DNA of 32,000 nucleotides from Erysipelotrichaceae bacterium OH741_COT-311 (GCA_003858585.1 RQZE01000004.1:120001-152000), one strand, 5' to 3'; shown: positions 1 to 9,866, counted from the stretch's first letter. Numbers and translations are program-made. Notes: generated by a model not told the origin, from the letters alone.

Positions 1-1643
1 ATTAAATGAATACCACTTGCTCTTGCTAACTGTGTTATTCTTTGAATAGATACTTCAACTTCTTTCCCGGCAACCGACATTAAGTCCGCAAGTTCATCAA
101 TAATGACAACAATATACGGCATATTTTGCATACTACCCGTTGAATCTTGAGCTACTTTTTCATTATATGCTTTAATATTACGAACACCACATTGAGCAAA
201 TACATCGAAACGTTCTTCCATAATCGTTACAATCACCTTTAAAGCACTTGATGCTTTAGCTGCATCGCTAATTACCGGTGCAATTAAATGTGGTATTTGT
301 TGATATGGTGTAAATTCAACCTTTTTAGGATCTATTAATAATAACTTCACTTCATCCGGATGACAACGTAATAAAAATGAAGTAATAATCGTATTCATAC
401 AGACTGATTTCCCCGAACCGGTTGCTCCAGCAATTAAAAGATGGGGCATTTTATCTAATTGACAATAGACCGGTTTTCCTAATAAATCTTTTCCTAGTAC
501 AAACAATAGTTTTTGATCCATCTTTTCCATTGGTATTGATTTCACTAATTCTAACATCTTAACTGGAACAGACTCAATATTAGGTATTTCAATTCCAACT
601 GCCGTTTTCCCTGGAATGGGAGCTTCAATACGAATATCTCTTGCCGCTAACTCCATTTTAATGTTGTCTTGAATGGCATTGATACGACTAACCTTTACAG
701 AGCTATCAGGCTTAATCTCAAACTTTGTAACACTAGGTCCAATGTGTGTGGCTACTAATTCAGCATTTACACCAAAATTCTTTAATATTTCAATCACTTT
801 TCGACCCGATTCACTTGCAGCCACTTGGTTGGCATTTGATCCTTGTTGTCCTTTAATTGGATCTAATAAACTAAATGGAGGCAATTTATATTTATCTTTC
901 GATACTGATTTTTTATGGACTACTTCCTCTTCCTTTATCACAGAATCCTCTATAACTTCTTCAACTTTAGGTGGCTCTTTTAAGGTAATAAAGGTTGATT
1001 TTTTATTAGATACTTCCTTTGGTTTGAAATAATCTTCAAAGCTATTTGCATCAATCACTTCTTCTTGTTTACTTGGTACTTCTTCCAATTCTTTTGAAGT
1101 AAATATTTCTGAGAAAAACTTGCCCATCTTACGATAGGTTTCTGCCGGAATAATTAAGATACCAACAATACTGCACATCGCAACAATTAAAAAATACGTT
1201 CCTAATTTATCAAACAAATAAGAGGTAATCGAATAGAAAAAAGCTCCAAACAATCCTCCTCCAAAATCAACCAATTCTTTTTTAAAGTACAATGAAGTAT
1301 TATGTATATATTTCATAAATACTTCAAATCCAACAGTTTCATCTGCCTTTAATGTTGCTGATAACAAAATAACTGCAATATTTATAATGATAAACGCTGT
1401 AATGTTCTTTAAAGTAGCATATTTTGTTTTTCTTAAAAACAAAATATAACAACTTACAATAATCAAACTACCCAAAATAGCATAATAAAAATTTCCAACT
1501 AGGTATTTCGATAACAATGTTAAATATTGTCCAACAGCTCCAAGTTGAAATGCACTCACTAATGCAAGCATCATCAAAACTACACCTATAATGTAATAGA
1601 TAGTTTGATTTGCTTTTTTTACTACTTTCTTTTTTCTTGCCAC
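1..1643 (-). CDS. ftsK: DNA translocase FtsK/SpoIIIE, first ~547 codons (3' end runs off the left window edge)
   Basis: Absent from the ORF track because no stop lies in the window. The minus frame opens with GTG at 1643, 5 nt after an AGGGGA RBS. The N-terminal part (about 1100-1640) is hydrophobic, followed by a low-complexity linker. Hand translation gives Walker A MPHLLIAGATGSGKSVCMNT (ATG at 449, in frame with 1643) and EVSIQRITQLARASGIHLI at 1-56, typical of the FtsK motor domain. Confidence 0.9.
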   Translation of the reverse strand, partial: MARKKKVVKKANQTIYYIIGVVLMMLALVSAFQLGAVGQYLTLLSKYLVGNFYYAILGSLIIVSCYILFLRKTKYATLKNITAFIIINIAVILLSATLKADETVGFEVFMKYIHNTSLYFKKELVDFGGGLFGAFFYSITSYLFDKLGTYFLIVAMCSIVGILIIPAETYRKMGKFFSEIFTSKELEEVPSKQEEVIDANSFEDYFKPKEVSNKKSTFITLKEPPKVEEVIEDSVIKEEEVVHKKSVSKDKYKLPPFSLLDPIKGQQGSNANQVAASESGRKVIEILKNFGVNAELVATHIGPSVTKFEIKPDSSVKVSRINAIQDNIKMELAARDIRIEAPIPGKTAVGIEIPNIESVPVKMLELVKSIPMEKMDQKLLFVLGKDLLGKPVYCQLDKMPHLLIAGATGSGKSVCMNTIITSFLLRCHPDEVKLLLIDPKKVEFTPYQQIPHLIAPVISDAAKASSALKVIVTIMEERFDVFAQCGVRNIKAYNEKVAQDSTGSMQNMPYIVVIIDELADLMSVAGKEVEVSIQRITQLARASGIHL

Positions 1644-1652
1644 GAATATCCC

Positions 1653-3317
1653 CTATTCATCTATATTAATTTCCACAATCGCTAATAAAATCATTGGTCG
1701 CTTTCCTGTTTCTTTAATCATATACTTAACCATTTTTTCTTTTGCTTCTAAACGGGCTTGCATATTATCATACGTATTGTTTTTTGTATTTTCTTCTATG
1801 GTATCAATTAAAATATCTGCCAATTGTTTAACGATGTAATCGGCATCTTTAAGGTAGATAACTCCTCTTGATTGTACATCGGGTCCACCTATAATTTCTT
1901 TTGTTCTATGATTAATTACAACACCAACAACAATGACACCATCTGTCGATAATGTTTCTCGATCCTTTAAGACCATGCCGCCAACATCTAATTTTTCATT
2001 TCCGTCAATTAATGTTTCTTCTAAAGTTAAAAATTCTTTAGTGGATTTTAGTTTTCCATCTGTAAATAAAGAAATTTGTCCGTTATCTAACACTACAATT
2101 TTATCCGGACGATACCCCATATTTAATGCAATATTTGCATTTGCCACTAAATGACGATATTCCCCTTTTACCGGAATATAGTATTTAGGTTTAAACAAAT
2201 ACAGAATCATTTTTAATTCTTCAATCGACGCATGCATTGAAAAAACTTCTTTCGCATTGACTTTTACAACACGAACACCTTCTTTATACAAGTCATTTTC
2301 CATATTACTTGCATAGCGTTCTGTTCCAGGAACAACCGGAGAAGCAATGATAACAGTATCTTCTTTTGAAAGTTCAACAATATCATCTTCCTTAATCGCA
2401 ATCTTTTGCATGAGTTTAAAGACTTCATTCCCACTACCCGATACAATGCACACTACTTCTTTATCATATTTTGAAAACTCTTGACTTGAAATAAGATCCT
2501 TTTCATCAAACTTATAATATCCAAGTTTAGATACCATCTTTAATAAATCAAGTTGTTTTTGATCATAAAACATAACTTTTTTATTAAATTTCTTACACAA
2601 TTCTAAGACTTCAATAATACGGAATAGATTCTGCTTATACAAAGTGACTAAAATACGTCCCTCAGCTACCTCAAAACAATCTTCAACAATACTTGTTATT
2701 TTATGATGTGGTGAAGTATAGCCCTCTCTTGTAGCTCCTACTGATTCTGTTAATAAAGCTAGTACACCAGCTTTTCCAATTTGAGCAAGAGAAGCAATAT
2801 CACACATAAACGCTTCATTTCTAACGTCATAGTCTACAATAAATTCACTTGTATATACAATTGATCCATGTTTCGTATGGAATGCTAAACCAACACCATC
2901 CGGAATGCTTTGTGTAACCCCAAAACTTTCTACAGTGATAGAACCTACTTTTATTTTTCCATTACGTTTAATACGATTGATCTTCTTATTTATCTTTTCT
3001 TTCTTTAAATCTTTTTCAATTAATAATGCGGTTAGTTCAGTTGCATATACCTGTACATCTACTTGCTTTAACAAGTATGGTAATGCAGCCATTACATCAT
3101 CATGTCCATGCGTAATAAAAACACCTTTAATACGCTCTTTATTTTCAATTAAATACTTAAAATCAGGAATGATGATTTCCACTCCTAATTGTTCTTCACT
3201 ACTTGGATATTTTAAACCTGCTTCAACAACAAATAACTCTTGATTAACTTCAATGACATACATATTTTTGCCATCTTCATCAAGACCTCCAAGTGCGAAT
3301 ATACGTACTTGTTCCAT
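1653..3317 (-). CDS. rnj: Ribonuclease J family protein (metallo-beta-lactamase / beta-CASP), J2-like with degenerate catalytic motifs
   Basis: This 554-aa ORF aligns by eye along its full length with B. subtilis RNase J1 (FALGGL..GKN, FITHGH, SIPD, GEYR, RPMIL near the C-terminus). An AAAGGAGAA RBS lies upstream of ATG 3317. It sits next to ftsK, as B. subtilis rnjB (ymfA) does. Metal-ligand positions are substituted (see findings). Confidence 0.85.
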   Translation of the reverse strand: MEQVRIFALGGLDEDGKNMYVIEVNQELFVVEAGLKYPSSEEQLGVEIIIPDFKYLIENKERIKGVFITHGHDDVMAALPYLLKQVDVQVYATELTALLIEKDLKKEKINKKINRIKRNGKIKVGSITVESFGVTQSIPDGVGLAFHTKHGSIVYTSEFIVDYDVRNEAFMCDIASLAQIGKAGVLALLTESVGATREGYTSPHHKITSIVEDCFEVAEGRILVTLYKQNLFRIIEVLELCKKFNKKVMFYDQKQLDLLKMVSKLGYYKFDEKDLISSQEFSKYDKEVVCIVSGSGNEVFKLMQKIAIKEDDIVELSKEDTVIIASPVVPGTERYASNMENDLYKEGVRVVKVNAKEVFSMHASIEELKMILYLFKPKYYIPVKGEYRHLVANANIALNMGYRPDKIVVLDNGQISLFTDGKLKSTKEFLTLEETLIDGNEKLDVGGMVLKDRETLSTDGVIVVGVVINHRTKEIIGGPDVQSRGVIYLKDADYIVKQLADILIDTIEENTKNNTYDNMQARLEAKEKMVKYMIKETGKRPMILLAIVEINIDE

Positions 3318-3370
3318 AAATTATATTCTCCTTTTAAAACACTTCTTTTCTTAATTATAACAAAAAGTGC

Positions 3371-4807
3371 TTATCTTTCAATCATTTCACCTTTTAACGA
3401 CCATGTCTTACAGTCTTTAATTAAAACTTCAACAATGTCACCAACTTTTACATGTTTAGCAGTAAAATTAACTAATTTATTCTCTTCACTATATCCCGAA
3501 TATACTTGATCATTCTTTTTACTTATGCCATCCACTAATACTTTAACTACTTTATTTAAATACTTATCATTATTTAACTTAGCATAATAATTTACTTTAT
3601 CATTTAGTGTTTGTAATCGTCTATTTTTATTTTCTAAAGATACATTATCGTCCATTTTAGCTGCTGGAGTTCCTTCTCTAGGTGAATAAATAAAGGTATA
3701 AGCTCCATCATATTTACAATAATCAACCATATCTAACGTATCTTGGAATTGTTCTTCCGTTTCATTAGGAAAACCTACAATAATATCTGTTGTAAAAGTA
3801 CAATGAGGGATTTTACTTACAATACGATTATATAAATCTAAATAATCTTCTTTCGTATATCTTCTTCCCATCAGTCTTAACATTTGACTATTTCCAGATT
3901 GAACAGGCAAATGAATAGAAGGCATAATATTATCATATTTTGCAATTACATCAATCATTGCATCCGAAAAATCCCATGGATGTGAAGTGGTAAAACGAAT
4001 ACGTGGAATACCAGTTTTTGCCACTTCTTCTAGCAATGTAGCAAACCCATTTTGTAATTTTAAATCTTTTCCATACGCATTTACATTTTGACCTAGCAAA
4101 GTAACCTCTTTAAATCCTTGTTCCTTTAATTCCTTTACTTCTAAAAGAATGTCATCCATTAAACGGGAACGTTCTTTTCCTCTTGTATAAGGCACAATAC
4201 AATAGGTACAAAATTTATCACACCCATACATAATATTAACCCAAGCCTTATGATTACCAAAACGATTTACAGGTAGATTTTCAATAATTTCACCTTGTTT
4301 TGAATATACTTCTACCACTCGTTCTTTATCAAACATTGTTTGATAAAGTAAAATTGGTAAACGATGAATATTATGTGTACCAAAAATCAAATCTACTTGT
4401 GGATATTTTTTCAATATTAAAGAAACTATTTCTTCTTCTTGAGCCATACAGCCACACAATACAAAAGTTAAGTCCGGATTTACACGTTTTAAACGTTTCA
4501 GTAAACCTAATTCTCCAATCACCTTATCTTCAGCATTCTTACGTATCGCACACGTATTGAAAATTAAGACATCTGCTTGTTCTTCTTGATCTACCATAGT
4601 AAAACCAAGATGATTTAAAATACCAGAAATGGTCTCTGAATCGCGTTGGTTAGCCTGACACCCATATGTTCTTAAAAAATACTTCTTTCCAATCCCCATA
4701 CTCCTAGCTTGATCTGGGATTTCAAATAAAGCACGCTCTACTTTTACTTCCTCTTTATTACGTTTACGAGCATCTTTTAACGATGGTAATCTATATTTAT
4801 CTTCCAT
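3371..4807 (-). CDS. miaB: tRNA-i6A37 methylthiotransferase MiaB (radical SAM MTTase)
   Basis: It carries N-terminal MTTase cysteines (YGCQAN, NTCAIR, CGCMA), the radical-SAM motif CDKFCTYC, and a C-terminal TRAM-like domain. The ORF-track start at 4882 is replaced by ATG 4807, which has a GGAGAGGA RBS. The extra 25 codons would run through the upstream hairpins. Confidence 0.9.
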   Translation of the reverse strand: MEDKYRLPSLKDARKRNKEEVKVERALFEIPDQARSMGIGKKYFLRTYGCQANQRDSETISGILNHLGFTMVDQEEQADVLIFNTCAIRKNAEDKVIGELGLLKRLKRVNPDLTFVLCGCMAQEEEIVSLILKKYPQVDLIFGTHNIHRLPILLYQTMFDKERVVEVYSKQGEIIENLPVNRFGNHKAWVNIMYGCDKFCTYCIVPYTRGKERSRLMDDILLEVKELKEQGFKEVTLLGQNVNAYGKDLKLQNGFATLLEEVAKTGIPRIRFTTSHPWDFSDAMIDVIAKYDNIMPSIHLPVQSGNSQMLRLMGRRYTKEDYLDLYNRIVSKIPHCTFTTDIIVGFPNETEEQFQDTLDMVDYCKYDGAYTFIYSPREGTPAAKMDDNVSLENKNRRLQTLNDKVNYYAKLNNDKYLNKVVKVLVDGISKKNDQVYSGYSEENKLVNFTAKHVKVGDIVEVLIKDCKTWSLKGEMIER

Positions 4808-4822
4808 ATTTATTCCTCTCCA

Positions 4823-4850
4823 ATTAAAAAACCAAGCTAGCCTTGGTTTT
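4823..4850 (-). terminator. Intrinsic-terminator-like hairpin directly abutting the miaB RBS
   Basis: The minus strand reads AAAACCAAG-GCTAG-CTTGGTTTTTTAATTGGAGAGG. The stem is CCAAG/CTTGG extended by A-U pairs, followed by a T-run. The T-run leads straight into the miaB Shine-Dalgarno sequence. Confidence 0.55.
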
Positions 4851-4853
4851 ATT

Positions 4854-4876
4854 GAGAAGTACCGAAGTAACTTCTC
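4854..4876 (-). other. Stable UUCG-tetraloop hairpin in the ymdB-miaB spacer
   Basis: The minus strand reads GAGAAGT(T)AC-TTCG-GTACTTCTC, about 10 bp with one bulged T and a UUCG loop. Confidence 0.5.
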
Positions 4877-4919
4877 AAACAAGTAGCGCAGTCCACTATG
4901 CCTCTATGACATAACGCTT

Positions 4920-4947
4920 ATTATATAAATCTAAGGACGAATTTGAA
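4920..4947 (-). promoter_or_regulatory. Candidate sigma-A promoter for miaB and its leader, overlapping the ymdB 3' end
   Basis: On the minus strand, TTCAAA (4947-4942), a 16-nt spacer, then TATAAT (4925-4920). This is sequence pattern only. Confidence 0.35.
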
Positions 4948-5701
4948 TGCGTTGAATGTTGGTGGCTTTTTTACTAAGTACATCAACAGTAATACATACA
5001 CCACATATCATTGATGGATTTTCACTTACTGTATAGCGTGTTTTATTTTTATAAACAAAGTTTTCAATCACTTCATCCGTATCACGCCCTAATACACTTT
5101 CAAAAGCACCACACATTCCAACATCCGTAATATATCCCAATGAGCCTATAATTTGTTCATCAGCCGTTTGAACATGTGTATGCGTACCAACTAATCCTAT
5201 TAAGTCATTCTTAAAATAATTAGCCATTGTTATCTTTTCACTAGTTGCTTCAGCATGAAAATCCACAAAATAGAAATCCGCTTTTACATTTGTCAAAACA
5301 TTTCTAACTGTTTCAAATGGATCTGCAATTGCTTTATCCATAAAGACTTTTCCTAAAACATTCATGATACATAACTTATAGCCCATGACATCAAATACAC
5401 GATATCCCTGACCAAGATGCGTTGGTTCCATATTGATTGGACGAATCAATACATCTAATTGATCAATCTCCATTTTTAACTCACTTTTGGAAAATGCATG
5501 ATTCCCTAGCGTAATACAATCCACTCCGCATTGTATAAATTGATGATAAATGCGGCTAGTAATTCCTTTACCATGCGCCGCATTTTCTCCATTCACAATT
5601 GTAAAATCTGCATTATATTTTTTCTTCAAGAAATCAATTTGCCTTATAACAGCGTTTCTACCTGTTTTTCCAACAACATCACCTAAAAATAAAATATTCA
5701 T
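4931..5701 (-). CDS. ymdB: YmdB-family metallophosphoesterase (2',3'-cyclic-nucleotide phosphodiesterase family)
   Basis: It shows calcineurin-like motifs (LFLGDVVG, VNGENAAHGKG, LGNH, DFHAE, GTHTH). It lies immediately downstream of rny with a 1-nt TAATG overlap, the same rny-ymdB pairing as in B. subtilis. Confidence 0.85.
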   Translation of the reverse strand: MNILFLGDVVGKTGRNAVIRQIDFLKKKYNADFTIVNGENAAHGKGITSRIYHQFIQCGVDCITLGNHAFSKSELKMEIDQLDVLIRPINMEPTHLGQGYRVFDVMGYKLCIMNVLGKVFMDKAIADPFETVRNVLTNVKADFYFVDFHAEATSEKITMANYFKNDLIGLVGTHTHVQTADEQIIGSLGYITDVGMCGAFESVLGRDTDEVIENFVYKNKTRYTVSENPSMICGVCITVDVLSKKATNIQRIQIRP

Positions 5702-7254
5702 TATTTTGCAATCTCACTTGCTCTAAGTTCACGAACCACTGTAACTTTAATTTGTCCAGGATAAGTTAATTCATTTTCAATGCGATCTTTAATTTCACGA
5801 GCAATCAATACACACTTATCGTCATTCACTTTATCCGGAACAACCAATACTCTTACTTCTCGACCCGCTTGAATAGCGTATGTCTTTTCAACACCTTCAT
5901 AGCTATTACCAATTGCTTCTAAAGACTCTAAACGATTGATATAGCTTTCAATGCCCTCAACACGAGCACCGGGACGAGCAGCACTTAATGTATCAGCCGC
6001 AGCTACCAAATGTGAAATCAAACCGGTTGGAGGGACATCTCCATGGTGAGATTCAATGGCATTAATAACCACTTCATTTTCACCATACTTACGTGCAAAT
6101 TTAGCCCCTAACTCAACATGCGTTCCTTCCATTTCAAAGTCAACCGCTTTTCCAATATCATGCAATAACCCTGCACGTTTCGCTAAAGCTTGATTTAACC
6201 CTAACTCAGCAGCCATAATACCAGTTAGTGTCGCTACTTCCATACAATGTGACAATTGATTTTGACCATAGCTGTAACGATAACGCATGCGACCAATTAA
6301 CTTTACTAATTCTTTATCAATTTTACCAATTCCTAATTTAAAACATGCATCTTCACCAGCTTTTAAAATAGTATCTTCCACACGGCTTTTTGCTTTATTT
6401 ACTGCATCTTCAATACGACCCGGTTGAATGCGTCCATCTTTAATTAAACTTTCTAATGCTTGACGAGCAATTTCACGACGTATTGGATTAAAACATGAAA
6501 CGGTAATTGTTTCTGGAGTATCATCAATAATAATATCTACCCCTGTAGCATGTTCAATCGCTTTAATATTACGTCCTTCTCGTCCTATGATGCGTCCTTT
6601 CATTTCTTCCGAAGGTAAACCGACGACAGATACACAACGATCAATCGTTTCTTCTTGCGAATATCTTTGAATTGCAACCGCAATCACTTCACGAGCTTTT
6701 ACTTCTGCCATGCGTTTTGCTTCTTCTTCTTTTTCACGAATATAAGTAGCCAATTCACTTGTCATACGCTTTTCAACGATGTCCATTAGCTCTTTCTTAG
6801 CTGCATCTTGATTCATATTCGCAACTTTTTCAAGAATTTGAATTTGACTATCAATTCTTGACTGTAATTCTACTTCCATTTTATTCAATAGTTCTTGTTT
6901 ATCCTGAACCTTTTGAAGTCTATCATCCAATTTTTTCTCTTTTTGCATCATAGCTTCATCTCTAAAATTCAAAGAATCTTCTCGTCTAGATAGTTTGTTT
7001 TCAATTTCTAAAACTTCACTACGGCGTTCTTTGATTTCTTTTTCCGCCTGTAGCTTCATTTCATACGCTTGTGTTTTACCATCTAATATTGCTTGTTTAA
7101 TCGTATTTTTTGCTTTTAGTTCTGATTCTTCAATAATCATTTTAGCTCTTTGTTTATTACGACTTAATCCTAACTTCTCAAGTAAAAACATAATAAACAA
7201 TCCAATAATGATTCCAATCACTATACAAATGGAAGCAATTAAAAATTTATCCAT
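5701..7254 (-). CDS. rny: Ribonuclease Y
   Basis: It has an N-terminal TM helix, a long coiled-coil region rich in E/K, a KH domain (GRIIGREGRNI) and an HD domain (LLHDIGK ... HH). A GGGAGGA RBS precedes ATG 7254. Confidence 0.95.
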   Translation of the reverse strand: MDKFLIASICIVIGIIIGLFIMFLLEKLGLSRNKQRAKMIIEESELKAKNTIKQAILDGKTQAYEMKLQAEKEIKERRSEVLEIENKLSRREDSLNFRDEAMMQKEKKLDDRLQKVQDKQELLNKMEVELQSRIDSQIQILEKVANMNQDAAKKELMDIVEKRMTSELATYIREKEEEAKRMAEVKAREVIAVAIQRYSQEETIDRCVSVVGLPSEEMKGRIIGREGRNIKAIEHATGVDIIIDDTPETITVSCFNPIRREIARQALESLIKDGRIQPGRIEDAVNKAKSRVEDTILKAGEDACFKLGIGKIDKELVKLIGRMRYRYSYGQNQLSHCMEVATLTGIMAAELGLNQALAKRAGLLHDIGKAVDFEMEGTHVELGAKFARKYGENEVVINAIESHHGDVPPTGLISHLVAAADTLSAARPGARVEGIESYINRLESLEAIGNSYEGVEKTYAIQAGREVRVLVVPDKVNDDKCVLIAREIKDRIENELTYPGQIKVTVVRELRASEIAK

Positions 7255-7332
7255 TTTAATCCTCCCTATTCATAAATCCATTGAGAATAATGTTCTCTTG
7301 TCTATTTTATAATATTTCAAGCAATTTCACAA

Positions 7333-7361
7333 CAAAAAAACAGATAAGAATACCTATCTGT
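7333..7361 (-). terminator. Rho-independent terminator after recA
   Basis: The minus strand reads ACAGATA-GGTATTCT-TATCTGT followed by TTTTTTT, starting right after the recA stop codon (7362-7364). Confidence 0.8.
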
Positions 7362-8354
7362 TTAAGAATTTGTCAATTTTTCTTTGATTCTATTTGTGAT
7401 TTCTTCATCAAGATGTGGGTTTGCAATTAAATAGGAACGAACAGCATCCCTACCTTGACCAATCTTTTCACCATTATAAGAAAACCAAGCACCTGCTTTA
7501 TTAATAATATCAAAATCAACACCCAGAGAAATAATCTCTGAAAGATGACTAATACCTTCACCATACATAATTTCAATGCTAGCGGTTTTAAATGGTGGAG
7601 CCACTTTATTCTTCACCACTTTCACGTTCACTTTATTTCCTACAATGTCCGTACCATTTTTAATCACTTCACTACGGCGTACATCTAAACGAATTGATGA
7701 ATAAAACTTCAAGGCACGCCCACCCGGTGTTGTTTCTGGTGAGCCAAACATAATCCCGACTTTTTCACGAAGTTGATTAATAAAAATAGCTGTACATTCA
7801 CTGCGATTCATAACCCCAGCTAATTTACGCATTGCCTTTGACATTAAACGAGCTTGTAAACCAATCGTAGAGTCTGACATTTCCCCATCCAATTCCGCTT
7901 GAGGAACCAAAGCTGCAACCGAATCGATCACCACTAAGTCAATTGCACCGCTGCGTATTAGTAATTCACAAATCTCTAACGCCTGCTCTCCAGAATCTGG
8001 TTGCGATAAAATAAGTTCATCAATATTTACCCCTAAATTTTTAGCATACATGGGATCAATCGCATTTTCAGCATCAATGAACGCTGCACGACCACCTGCT
8101 TTTTGACATTGAGCAATCGCATGTAACGCTAAGGTTGTTTTCCCACTTGATTCAGGTCCAAAAATTTCAATAATACGTCCTTTGGGATATCCACCAATCC
8201 CTAATGCCAAATCAATCGCAATAGAACCTGTACTAATCACATCCACATCTACATTAGCACGGTCTCCTAATTTCATAATGGAACCTTTTCCATACTGTTT
8301 TTCAATCTGTTTTAATGTTTCTTGTAATAAAGTCTCTTTATTTTTATCGCTCAT
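7362..8354 (-). CDS. recA: Recombinase RecA
   Basis: Full-length RecA with Walker [10 protein letters not shown] and conserved loop regions. A TAGGAGGA RBS is present. Confidence 0.97.
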   Translation of the reverse strand: MSDKNKETLLQETLKQIEKQYGKGSIMKLGDRANVDVDVISTGSIAIDLALGIGGYPKGRIIEIFGPESSGKTTLALHAIAQCQKAGGRAAFIDAENAIDPMYAKNLGVNIDELILSQPDSGEQALEICELLIRSGAIDLVVIDSVAALVPQAELDGEMSDSTIGLQARLMSKAMRKLAGVMNRSECTAIFINQLREKVGIMFGSPETTPGGRALKFYSSIRLDVRRSEVIKNGTDIVGNKVNVKVVKNKVAPPFKTASIEIMYGEGISHLSEIISLGVDFDIINKAGAWFSYNGEKIGQGRDAVRSYLIANPHLDEEITNRIKEKLTNS

Positions 8355-8395
8355 AAGTCCTCCTAACTTATTCTAGGTTCTCTTGTACAAAAATC

Positions 8396-8989
8396 CTACT
8401 TACTTTCAAAAATAAATTCTTTCATTTGAATAAAATAAGATACACCACTAGCAATGCTGACAAACGTTGCAAACCATAAAGCAAAATCACTCATCGCAAT
8501 TTTATATAATTCAAATGGCAAATTGTTCAATAAAATCAATACAATCGCAACCATTTGCGCAACGGTTTTAATCTTACCTAAGTATCCAGCAGCAACAACT
8601 ACTCCATTCTTACTTGCAATCATACGAATACCATCTACAATGGTATCTCTTAAAATCATCAAAATAACCGGAACAACAGGAATAATGTTGTCACTAGCAA
8701 ATAAAATAAACATTGTGTTCACTAATAATTTATCCGCAATTGGATCTGCAAATTTACCAAACGTTGTAATCAAATTATGTTTTCTAGCAATCATTCCATC
8801 AAAATAATCTGTAATGGCGGCTAGTAAAAAAATAAATAAACAAATTAAGTTTAACAATGATAACGATACCCATCCAAACTGTAATTGCATCACCGGAATA
8901 TTAAAATACGCATAAGGAAAAATGCGTATAAAAACAATCAGTGGAACCAAAATAATTCGAAATAATGTTAACTTATTTGGTAAATTCAT
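8396..8989 (-). CDS. pgsA: CDP-diacylglycerol--glycerol-3-phosphate 3-phosphatidyltransferase
   Basis: It carries the CDP-alcohol phosphatidyltransferase motif DYFDGMIARKHNLITTFGKFADPIADK in a multi-TM protein. The start is moved to ATG 8989 (MNLPNKLTLFR), which uses the GGAGAG RBS formed by the last codons of the upstream gene. The ORF-track start at 9052 overlaps that gene. Confidence 0.9.
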   Translation of the reverse strand: MNLPNKLTLFRIILVPLIVFIRIFPYAYFNIPVMQLQFGWVSLSLLNLICLFIFLLAAITDYFDGMIARKHNLITTFGKFADPIADKLLVNTMFILFASDNIIPVVPVILMILRDTIVDGIRMIASKNGVVVAAGYLGKIKTVAQMVAIVLILLNNLPFELYKIAMSDFALWFATFVSIASGVSYFIQMKEFIFESK

Positions 8990-8990
8990 T

Positions 8991-9866
8991 TTACTCTCCT
9001 TTAAATACAAAGTGAATTTGTTGGCCTTTAGTAATTTCTGCTGTAGAAGCATCTAACGTGACTAATTGACCATTAATATAAATCTTATTGGTTTTTACAA
9101 GACCTAAGTGAATGGTTACTTTTAAATCATCACTAGCATTTACAATGACTTCCATATGCTGACCAGGCTCATATGTTTGTGCTTTGGGGTTTTCACTTAC
9201 GACATCATTAATTAAAACACGTGCCCATGTTTGTGAACCATAGTCAACACCGATAATCACTTCTTGATTAACGTCATATCCTTTAATTTGATATACAATT
9301 GGTGTTTCTTGTTGAATGATCAATTCTTGTTTTAAGGGTTCTGTTGTTGTTTCATTTGATTCACTTAATGTTGTTGACGTGGTTGGAATACTACTTTCTG
9401 AAATAACTCCATCTTTTTTACCCTCAAGTAACTTCGGAATTACCACACTACCGGCATAAAGAACTAACATGCTCATTAGCACAATAACTGTCAGCAATGA
9501 TACTAAAGAATAATCAATTTTTCTCTTTTCAAGACGAACGGTTGTTGTATTCGCTTGAACACGTTTTTTGACATTTTCATGAATCAATTCTTCTTCTTTA
9601 ATTTTATTTAACGCAACCGTATGATTATAACCATCAATCGCCGTGTTTAACTCATCTTTATAGGGTTCAAAATCAATGTTCAATGTTTGACAATAAAAAC
9701 GCACAAAATAACGGACATATGAAATATCATTTTTAAAATATTCAATATCGCCGTTTTCAATTGCTTCAAGATTTCTTGTACTTATTTTTGTTTTAAAGCT
9801 AATGTCTTCTAAACTAAAACCTAGCTCTTCTCTTCTTTCTTTTAAAATTGAACCAATATGTTTCAT
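8991..9866 (-). CDS. rodZ: RodZ-like cytoskeleton/shape protein (XRE-type HTH, single TM, C-terminal DUF4115-like domain)
   Basis: It has an N-terminal HTH (IGSILKERREELGFSLEDISFKTKISTRNLEAIENG), a central TM segment (LLTVIVLMSMLVLYAGSVVI) and a beta-rich C-terminal domain. Its position directly upstream of pgsA matches B. subtilis ymfM/rodZ. The likely start is ATG 9866, after an AGGTG RBS. Confidence 0.65.
   Translation of the reverse strand: MKHIGSILKERREELGFSLEDISFKTKISTRNLEAIENGDIEYFKNDISYVRYFVRFYCQTLNIDFEPYKDELNTAIDGYNHTVALNKIKEEELIHENVKKRVQANTTTVRLEKRKIDYSLVSLLTVIVLMSMLVLYAGSVVIPKLLEGKKDGVISESSIPTTSTTLSESNETTTEPLKQELIIQQETPIVYQIKGYDVNQEVIIGVDYGSQTWARVLINDVVSENPKAQTYEPGQHMEVIVNASDDLKVTIHLGLVKTNKIYINGQLVTLDASTAEITKGQQIHFVFKGE

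Noticed and set aside
8355-8460. A LexA/SOS (Cheo) box, GAAC-N4-GTTC, was sought upstream of recA.
   Set aside because: No such dyad is present in the 41-nt pgsA-recA spacer or the adjacent pgsA 3' end. recA appears co-transcribed with pgsA. The absence may simply mean the box lies elsewhere or the regulon differs.
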